Virus record (IMG/VR): IMGVR_UViG_3300017989_002480
Span: 1 to 31,082 of that record
DNA: 31,082 nucleotides
DNA from: a virus
Lineage: Duplodnaviria; Caudoviricetes
Strand: one strand, 5' to 3'
Shown: piece after piece, positions 25,064 through 31,082 of the stretch
Position numbering within the stretch: the stretch's first letter is position 1
Layout: every line of letters begins with the position of its first letter
Program-made: the position numbers and the translations under genes
The notes under the pieces: model-generated
Databases searched by the model: none
What the model saw: the letters and a program-made list of their open reading frames with translations, nothing else
What the model was told of the DNA's origin: nothing

Positions 25064-26725
25064 TCAACCTTCCTCTCCTTCGACGAACTTCTCGAGTCGC
25101 TTCGCCTTTTCCTTGTCGGCTTCAGTCGGTATATCTTTGTCTTCTTCTTCAATCGGGATCTCCTTACCCGCTTTTTCTGCCCTGTCTGGTTCCTCCGGGT
25201 AGCGGGTTGTCATTGACATGACTTCACGGTACCGGGCCAGGTTCTCCTCGATCTTGCGCTTCGCCGTCTGGGCATCGCACTCGTGAATCGCCATGACCAG
25301 GTCGTCCGGACTGTAGGCCCCTACCTCCATACCGCGAGTATAGGTGTCTATGGTTTCGCCCACATCGACCGGGCCGGTGTCCATTGTACCAGGTACCCAT
25401 TCGGGCCGGTAGTCTGAGGGGATCCGGACATGTCGGACGCCCTCGACCTCCACGCCCGCGATCCGCGTATTCCAGACCGAGATCATGACGTCCAGCAGCC
25501 TGATCACGTGGGGCCGCAGCAAGGGTACCCGCTCATTGTAGTAATCGACCAGGTTCTTCAACTCTATCTGGAGCGCGACTCCGCTTTGTGGCAACCCGCC
25601 CTTGATATCGATGCTCTTGGGGCTGAGGTTGTTCATCAGGGCCTCGTACTGAACCAGCATCTCGATCAAGTTCTGGAACGGCGCGATCTCTACATCGGGA
25701 CGAACGAACGAAAACTCGACACCCGGCGGAATCTGGAGGGCCTTGTTTGGGGCTGAAAAGATCACCTTCTTGAGCTGTGCTTTTTCGTCCGCACCGAGTC
25801 CGCCGCCCGCCGTCTTGGTGAACATCGGGGTTGCGGCCATCTGCCAGATCGCGTTGTGGCCCAGGTAGGTCAGTACGAGGTTTAGGTACCGGTTGAACTC
25901 GACCAGGTCGTCGCCGCCCTTCCAGTACACATCACCTCTCCGAGATCGAAACCACACGAACGGATACAAGGGCTGGCCGGTGTAACGATCCGTGTAGGGG
26001 TTGACGTCCTCCTCGTTGACCTTGATCGGTTCGTTCTCGCTGGCGACGTAGTGGAGGGTAGGCTTATAGATAGGCGCCCCGTCCGAGTCCGTTTCTTTCG
26101 ACACCAGGTGCGGCTCGCGTGCTCCCCATATTTCATAACGGGGCTTGTCGGTGATCGAATCGAAACCCTCTTGCTCGAAGAGTACAGCCATCGAGGAGTA
26201 CGGATCCCAGAGTCGGTAGGGATTCAGGGCCATGTGTAGTTTATCGCCCGTGTAAGGTGATAGTTCGACGTGATCGCCGTCCCACCAGACCTTGACCCCG
26301 GCACCGTTGCAGATATCCTCGATCCGATCTGTCTCCACGAGAGACGTCTTGAGTAATGAACCCTTGATCATCGCCTGGAACGACTTGGCGACCGGGGAAT
26401 CGTTCGGCACCTCTTCGCCCTTGCGGTCGACGAGATGAAATCTCATCCCCTTTCCTCGGAACGTCTGGGACCGCTTGCGAGTGATGAACTTGGCGATCGG
26501 GAACTGCAACATCTTGTACTTCATATCCGAAAACGATTTCGGGAATTCTTGCTTCAGGAAATCAAGCCCGTCTTCCCTCATGTCGCCGTTCAGGTAGTTG
26601 TAGCGCCTCGCCACTTCTTTCGAGTACCCGACCGGTCGGCGTTTGTCCGCTGCCTCCAGGATCCAGGTTACCTGGGTTTTGTTTTCGTCGATCAGCCAGT
26701 TGATCATGGTTCTGAATACACTCAT
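25064..26725 (-). CDS. Portal protein
   Basis: 553 aa directly after terL; PLYPFVWF and PQSGVALQI motifs of SPP1-like portals. Confidence 0.88.
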   Translation of the reverse strand: MSVFRTMINWLIDENKTQVTWILEAADKRRPVGYSKEVARRYNYLNGDMREDGLDFLKQEFPKSFSDMKYKMLQFPIAKFITRKRSQTFRGKGMRFHLVDRKGEEVPNDSPVAKSFQAMIKGSLLKTSLVETDRIEDICNGAGVKVWWDGDHVELSPYTGDKLHMALNPYRLWDPYSSMAVLFEQEGFDSITDKPRYEIWGAREPHLVSKETDSDGAPIYKPTLHYVASENEPIKVNEEDVNPYTDRYTGQPLYPFVWFRSRRGDVYWKGGDDLVEFNRYLNLVLTYLGHNAIWQMAATPMFTKTAGGGLGADEKAQLKKVIFSAPNKALQIPPGVEFSFVRPDVEIAPFQNLIEMLVQYEALMNNLSPKSIDIKGGLPQSGVALQIELKNLVDYYNERVPLLRPHVIRLLDVMISVWNTRIAGVEVEGVRHVRIPSDYRPEWVPGTMDTGPVDVGETIDTYTRGMEVGAYSPDDLVMAIHECDAQTAKRKIEENLARYREVMSMTTRYPEEPDRAEKAGKEIPIEEEDKDIPTEADKEKAKRLEKFVEGEEG

Positions 26726-28131
26726 GCCACGCTCCAGCTATCGATGGGCATTATGTCTACCGGATAGTAATACCTAATGTGGTAGCGCATATCGTCCATC
26801 GCGTGAGTTGTTACGTCGTCATCGTGGGGTTCATCGGGCAGTCGCCCATCCCTGTCTTCTTTGTATGCGTAGGCCTCGATCGCATTGAGCACGGCCCGCC
26901 TCGTGTTGATTTCACCGTGTCCCATTGTCGGATCTGGGTTCTTGTCCAGATACGAAGAGAAGAGAAGGAACGGATGGCCAACAGAGGGATCAAGAGCTAG
27001 CTGCACGTGCTGAATACCAACCTTAATTCGTTCTCCGAAACGGCAGAGGATGGGAATCCCCAGATAATTCTCGGCTTGGGTTATTTCAGATTCACCTGAT
27101 GTGGCATGCTCTGCTTTACCAGCCGGGTCAACGACTGCCTCACTTACTGGCCAGGGTGCGTCATAGCCAGGCGGGCGGCGTCGCTTTATCATGCTGCAAA
27201 GCCGATGAACGGTGATTGACTGGTGTTCGCCGTCTGGGTATATCTCATCGACTATAACCGAAATCTCCCTCTTGGCCTCCCACCCCCCAGGCATGATCGC
27301 ACCCTTGGGAACTCGCTGGATCCATAGAACGTGTGGCCGCCTTGGCGACCAATCGATAACAATGTTGACAACGGGTCGGCTGTGTGAGCCATCAGCCATC
27401 CTGACATACTCCGAGTACTTCCACGGTATGACGTGGCGAGAGCGATCGAATTCTGGGTAAACAACACCGCCGCCGGGCACGAACCGGCCATCCATCAGGG
27501 CGGCCCGCAATCTCTTGGGGCAACTCGCGTGCAACCCATCCACGAACTCTTGGGTTAGATAGGGGTTGCTCGTTGTCTTGGCGTGGATACAGAGACGCTG
27601 ATCATCGTCCCTGCCTTCGAAAACATCGGACATCCACCCGATCTTGGGGGTACCGGCGTAACCTATGCGTGGCCGACCAGCTTTTGGATCGTTTACCCTT
27701 GCATTTGCGCGGACAAAAAGATCGCGCTTCATCAGGCCGGCTTCATCCGCGAACAGCCACGCAAGTTCAAATTGTTCCAGTTTGTCCAGATTGTGGCCCG
27801 AGAGCCCTAGAACCGTAATGTCACGCTTCAGGAAAATTCGATACAAGAAATGCGTTCTCTTCTCGCCCAAGATGTAGGGGGCGAAGGCTGGCTTGAATTT
27901 GTTCTCAAGGAAATCCTCAAGCATTTTGTAATCCGGCTCCAGGATGGCGCCAGCGCAACCGGGGTTGAAATTCATCGACACAGAACAAAACCCGATACCG
28001 CCGTAGCTTTTCCCGGATCTCCACCCACCACCCAGATAGGTATTCCGCGACTTAGACCACATAAACCTATTCTGGTGATCTAGATAACGAATCAGATCCC
28101 CAGAGTTATTCTTTGTCTCGAAGAGCGGCAT
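26722..28131 (-). CDS. terL: Terminase large subunit
   Basis: Walker A GGWRSGKS, Walker B WLFADEAG, GTP coupling motif, SNPYL, and nuclease motifs VIDW and DDDVTTHAMDDMRY. Start reassigned to ATG 28131. Confidence 0.95.
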   Translation of the reverse strand: MPLFETKNNSGDLIRYLDHQNRFMWSKSRNTYLGGGWRSGKSYGGIGFCSVSMNFNPGCAGAILEPDYKMLEDFLENKFKPAFAPYILGEKRTHFLYRIFLKRDITVLGLSGHNLDKLEQFELAWLFADEAGLMKRDLFVRANARVNDPKAGRPRIGYAGTPKIGWMSDVFEGRDDDQRLCIHAKTTSNPYLTQEFVDGLHASCPKRLRAALMDGRFVPGGGVVYPEFDRSRHVIPWKYSEYVRMADGSHSRPVVNIVIDWSPRRPHVLWIQRVPKGAIMPGGWEAKREISVIVDEIYPDGEHQSITVHRLCSMIKRRRPPGYDAPWPVSEAVVDPAGKAEHATSGESEITQAENYLGIPILCRFGERIKVGIQHVQLALDPSVGHPFLLFSSYLDKNPDPTMGHGEINTRRAVLNAIEAYAYKEDRDGRLPDEPHDDDVTTHAMDDMRYHIRYYYPVDIMPIDSWSVA

Positions 28132-28597
28132 CACTAGCCTTATCGAAATCAGCATCGCCAGAGACAACCAACACACCACCAGAAGGTAGGCGAGTACGGA
28201 AAATCCAATCCTCATCTTCACCTTTGTCTTGACAATCTGGGACGGGATTCTTGCCCCATTTACCAGGGCGCCTTCGCTCAAGCCACCATGCTGCGGTGTA
28301 CCAGCTCGTTCGCATTTTTTTCTGGATGCATTCAACGGCGTATCCCTCAGCCTCTGCGTCAGCCTTTTTTATGGACTGCGAAAAATGCGGAAATTCACCC
28401 ATCCATTCATAGAGTGTTCTCTCCCCTATGCCCGCAGCCCTTGCCGCTGCCTCTCTAGTGTTGCCGTGCTTGATTGACTCGCAAATAACTTCTTCAATTG
28501 CGTCGGTGTGCCTGAACGGACGCCCACGGGGTTGTGGGTCCTCTCGGATTTCCGGGGTTGTGTAGGCCTTGAGCCGTTGTTCATCTGCACCGTTCAA
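28106..28597 (-). CDS. terS: Terminase small subunit (HTH)
   Basis: GRP, HTH AAARAAGIGERTLYEW, and AAWWLERRRP..WG; overlaps the terL start. Confidence 0.85.
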   Translation of the reverse strand: MNGADEQRLKAYTTPEIREDPQPRGRPFRHTDAIEEVICESIKHGNTREAAARAAGIGERTLYEWMGEFPHFSQSIKKADAEAEGYAVECIQKKMRTSWYTAAWWLERRRPGKWGKNPVPDCQDKGEDEDWIFRTRLPSGGVLVVSGDADFDKASDAALRDKE

Positions 28598-28602
28598 GCG
28601 AC

Positions 28603-28668
28603 CCCGTCATGCGGGAGTTGGCCGTCAAGCGGCAAAACCGGATCACTCTGTCACGCAGATCGTCCGGT
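28603..28668 (-). promoter_or_regulatory. Array of three G-CNUGA-C loop hairpins in the terS leader
   Basis: TCTG-CGTGA-CAGA (28647-28659, inside ACCGGA/TCCGGT), GCCG-CTTGA-CGGC (28621-28633), CCCG-CATGA-CGGG (28603-28615). Confidence 0.7.
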
Positions 28669-28697
28669 ATGTGACATCGTTGCCCTATCACCACCCC

Positions 28698-28726
28698 ACT
28701 GTAGCGACAAAGAGATCATATGTCAA
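28698..28726 (-). promoter_or_regulatory. Sigma-70-type promoter for the late operon
   Basis: TTGACA-17 nt-TACAGT about 100 nt upstream of terS. Confidence 0.75.
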
Positions 28727-28782
28727 GGGGTAGGTGTGGCGGATTCGTCAGGGTCGGTATGGCGGGGGTGTCGCGACTCTTT

Positions 28783-29112
28783 TTAAGGGGTCCGCAGAAG
28801 GGGCACTTCATCTAGTATGCCTACATCCAAAACGTAGTAATCCGTTCTTTTCTCAATTGACATCCATGGATCGTAGGGATTGCGCTCATCTGGCGGCAGG
28901 TCTTCGGGCTCGAGCAGCAGGAAGACCTTTTCCTGGAACTTTTCGGCGATCCTTCTCGCTTCCTGTTCCGCGAGTTCCACGTGCTTATTGGCCATCTCTT
29001 CATCAAAATATGCGGCGACACTCCAATCCTGCCGAGAGTCGTACTCACCGGTAACGCCCATGACAACGTATATCTTGGTCTCGCTTTTCCATTTCCCTGT
29101 CCCGCTTCTCAT
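28783..29112 (-). CDS. Phage hypothetical protein
   Basis: GAGG RBS; KIYVVMGVTGEYDSRQDWSVAAYFDEEMA is a common small-phage-protein pattern. Confidence 0.7.
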   Translation of the reverse strand: MRSGTGKWKSETKIYVVMGVTGEYDSRQDWSVAAYFDEEMANKHVELAEQEARRIAEKFQEKVFLLLEPEDLPPDERNPYDPWMSIEKRTDYYVLDVGILDEVPLLRTP

Positions 29113-29167
29113 TTCCTCACCTCTTCATGGCTTCGACGTCCATTAAGTAGCCTTTCGTTTTTCTCTG

Positions 29168-29365
29168 TCACCTCTCTATTAGATATTCCACCGCCCTGAG
29201 AGCTGCGGTGATCCCCATGACTGACCCCTCGTTGGCCAGGGTTCGCAGCCCCTTGACCATCTGGGCCGCTTTGCGGATTCCCGCGCTGAGGTTTCCTTTG
29301 CCAAGCTCAAGTAGGATGGCTCGCTCCGTGTCGCTCAGTCTTACTGTGTAGTGGGGGGTTGGCAT
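29168..29365 (-). CDS. Ribbon-helix-helix-like DNA-binding protein
   Basis: YTVRLSDTERAILLELGKGNLSAGIRKA fits a beta-helix-helix pattern. Confidence 0.6.
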   Translation of the reverse strand: MPTPHYTVRLSDTERAILLELGKGNLSAGIRKAAQMVKGLRTLANEGSVMGITAALRAVEYLIER

Positions 29366-29368
29366 GGG

Positions 29369-29617
29369 TTATGATCTCACGTCCAAAAATGTTCCGATTC
29401 CCCAATCACGTAACCGACGCGCAACTTCAGAAAGCGTAATCTTGATTCCGCATGCCTCTTCAGCCCTAATCGTACGGAGCACCGCGTCTTGGATCTCTTT
29501 CGCCGGACACCTGTGTCCATGCGGTATAAGTGCTATCGGCCCACGACGTGTGAGATGTATTTTTTCCCCACATTTGCAAACTGTTTCATGTGTGTCCATG
29601 GTATATTTTTCGACCAT
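29369..29617 (-). CDS. Hypothetical protein (CxC...HxC)
   Basis: GGAGG RBS and TAATG overlap. Confidence 0.6.
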   Translation of the reverse strand: MVEKYTMDTHETVCKCGEKIHLTRRGPIALIPHGHRCPAKEIQDAVLRTIRAEEACGIKITLSEVARRLRDWGIGTFLDVRS

Positions 29618-29997
29618 TACCTACCTCCCGTGCCCACATGTTCCCGAAATTCCTCCCACGCTCCCCGCCAGTCATCGACATCGAGTGCATTCAGCGGTGT
29701 ACGTCCCAACTCGTCGCTCAGGTGGTCTTCCACAATGCCGCCGTCTTCGAGGAGTTTTTCTTCGTCGGTACCTACCCACGACGCGAATCGCTCGATGATG
29801 ATCGCTCCCAAGTTGAGCTTCACGGCCTCTGCCTCGCTTTTGTAGGGGCCGTAGACACATTCTGGCCGGACTATTTCCGGCCCGTTGCCGCTATCTTTCC
29901 ACGTCCACGTCAAAGGATCGGTCGGTATGTCGCCGTCCAACCATAGGTACCATCCCTCTATCCGCTCGTCTGCACTTTCCACATATTTGATTTCCAT
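29617..29997 (-). CDS. Acidic hypothetical protein (126 aa)
   Basis: Start reassigned to ATG 29997 (GAGGGA RBS); YGPYKSEAEA motif. Confidence 0.65.
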   Translation of the reverse strand: MEIKYVESADERIEGWYLWLDGDIPTDPLTWTWKDSGNGPEIVRPECVYGPYKSEAEAVKLNLGAIIIERFASWVGTDEEKLLEDGGIVEDHLSDELGRTPLNALDVDDWRGAWEEFREHVGTGGR

Positions 29998-30067
29998 AAC
30001 TTCCCTCTCTTTCCCGTGCCCACCGGGGCACACAAGCCGGGGCGGGAGTCGGACCCGCCCACGGGGG

Positions 30068-30316
30068 TTATTGGATCTTTGTCCCCGCCTTGAGCACACG
30101 GTCAGGCTCGATCCGGTTGAGCAGGTATTGCAGTTGTGTCGTGCCGTGATCGTTGATCGTATCCTCTGGGTCGCTGTCGTAGTCTATCCCGCACCGCTCC
30201 AAGGTGGCCCGCTTGTACAGCACCTCACGATCCCTGATGCCTCCTTGCTCCAGCATGCCATGTGCTCGGTTTGTAATCTCGACTACCCAGCCGCTCTTAG
30301 TCTTGCGCACATCCAT
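30068..30316 (-). CDS. Hypothetical protein
   Basis: GGGAGG RBS; 82 aa. Confidence 0.65.
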   Translation of the reverse strand: MDVRKTKSGWVVEITNRAHGMLEQGGIRDREVLYKRATLERCGIDYDSDPEDTINDHGTTQLQYLLNRIEPDRVLKAGTKIQ

Positions 30317-30340
30317 GACAACCTCCCTCTTGGTCTTGGG

Positions 30341-30637
30341 TCAAACAGTGCCGATGCTCCAACCAGTCCGTCCGGCCTGGATGCCCTTGAGCACCAACAT
30401 TCTGTCTTTCTGCTCGCTCGTCATCTCGTCCAGGGACAACGTGGCAGTCTCTTTGCCGTCGTTGACCATCCGCACAACGTCGCCGTCTAGTATCTCGGCA
30501 ACCAATTTGCCACCCAGGCCAATCTTGTCACCAACCACCAGACCACTCTCAATGGCTGCTACCAGCTCAGGCTTCCAGCCGCCGTGTTTTTCCATTGCTT
30601 CGGCCTTGGCTGCTTTTACCATTTCTTCCCTTGTCAT
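30341..30637 (-). CDS. Hypothetical protein (98 aa), first gene after the sigma-54 promoter
   Basis: ATG 30637 with GAGGGAG RBS. Confidence 0.65.
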   Translation of the reverse strand: MTREEMVKAAKAEAMEKHGGWKPELVAAIESGLVVGDKIGLGGKLVAEILDGDVVRMVNDGKETATLSLDEMTSEQKDRMLVLKGIQAGRTGWSIGTV

Positions 30638-30680
30638 TGTCTCCCTCTCTTTCGTGTTTGCGTTCATGCTTCTATTAATA

Positions 30681-30696
30681 TGCAATCCCTGTGCCA
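30681..30696 (-). promoter_or_regulatory. Sigma-54 (-24/-12) promoter
   Basis: TGGCAC-AGGGA-TTGCA matches the TGGCAC-N5-TTGCW consensus; intergenic and oriented toward the 30637 gene. Confidence 0.8.
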
Positions 30697-30722
30697 CAAT
30701 CCGACATTTTCGCAGTCAATGA

Positions 30723-30735
30723 ATTCAACAAGTTA
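30723..30735 (+). promoter_or_regulatory. Putative IHF site
   Basis: ATTCAACAAGTTA has one mismatch to WATCAANNNNTTR and lies just upstream of the sigma-54 promoter. Confidence 0.5.
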
Positions 30736-30848
30736 CGACGTGATGGCGGTCACGTTTCCGATGGGTGCGTATTCTGTTTCGCGCCCGGTCGAGTGATTAC
30801 GGTGGGTTAGGGGTGGGAAGGAAAGTACGCGGGTGCGAAAAGGTTTTC

Positions 30849-31082
30849 TCACCCCTCCCGCGCTATCGGTAGAGCAAATGCCAACAGGTTTGGGGCCGTG
30901 TAGACAGTCGCATCGGGGGCAACCGTCAGTATCTGGCCGGTCTGAAGGTTTACGCCGGCCGGCACCTCGGAGATTTTGCCGCCCTCGAGTTTCTCTTTCC
31001 TCGCCAGTTTGACGTAATACTCCGTCCCGACCCGGAAGCACTGGCCGGGCTCGATGAAGTCAATGTCCTTGGGTTCCGTCGG
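30849..31082 (-). CDS. Phage hypothetical protein (5' truncated by window edge)
   Basis: Manual translation ...DIDFIEPGQCFRVGTEYYVKL...GVNLQTGQIL...IAREG-stop; frame open from the edge. Confidence 0.6.
   Translation of the reverse strand, partial: PTEPKDIDFIEPGQCFRVGTEYYVKLARKEKLEGGKISEVPAGVNLQTGQILTVAPDATVYTAPNLLAFALPIAREG

Larger units (their letters stand above)
1..31082 (-). mobile_element. Tailed phage (Caudoviricetes, siphovirus-like) genome segment or prophage
   Basis: Co-oriented terS-terL-portal-scaffold-capsid-tail-lysis gene order with frequent ATGA/TAATG/TTGA overlaps. No host housekeeping genes, integrase or att site seen in the window. Confidence 0.95.

Noticed and set aside
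2468-30796. Numerous plus-strand and alternate-frame ORFs over the structural genes
   Set aside because: Expected shadow ORFs in GC-rich DNA; they lack RBS, motifs and coupling.
1-31082. Inverted ccgac at both window ends as terminal repeats
   Set aside because: Only 5 bp, and both ends fall inside open reading frames.
1-31082. tRNA, rRNA, CRISPR array, integrase, or alternative genetic code
   Set aside because: None recognised; core genes translate full-length in the standard code and use all three stop codons.

Overview
This window is a GC-rich segment of a tailed dsDNA phage (or prophage) with a siphovirus-type layout, and almost every gene is on the minus strand. Reading right to left: small early/middle ORFs behind a consensus sigma-54 promoter; terS, terL, portal, accessory ORFs, head morphogenesis and neck-type proteins; scaffold and major capsid protein; a block of mostly signal-peptide or lipoprotein genes including a tandem LamG protein; head-tail joining proteins, tail tube, a -1 frameshifted tail chaperone, tape measure and tail-tip genes; a lysis module (amidase, holin, spanin-like genes); a two-gene plus-strand island; and a structured leader before an ERF recombinase gene that runs off the left edge. 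Lipoproteins, spanin-like genes, Cys-rich exported proteins and the sigma-54/IHF layout suggest a diderm host, possibly Myxococcota/Desulfobacterota-like (inference). The strongest unexplained signal is a recurring hairpin with a G-CNUGA-C loop and covarying stems, clustered at the terS leader (3 copies) and the scaffold/capsid leader (4-5 copies). At the scaffold site it caps a terminator that overlaps a candidate antiterminator, just downstream of an unannotated DUF2292/YezD-like ORF, which suggests a late-gene RNA switch. All calls were made by eye; no database search or folding program was run.
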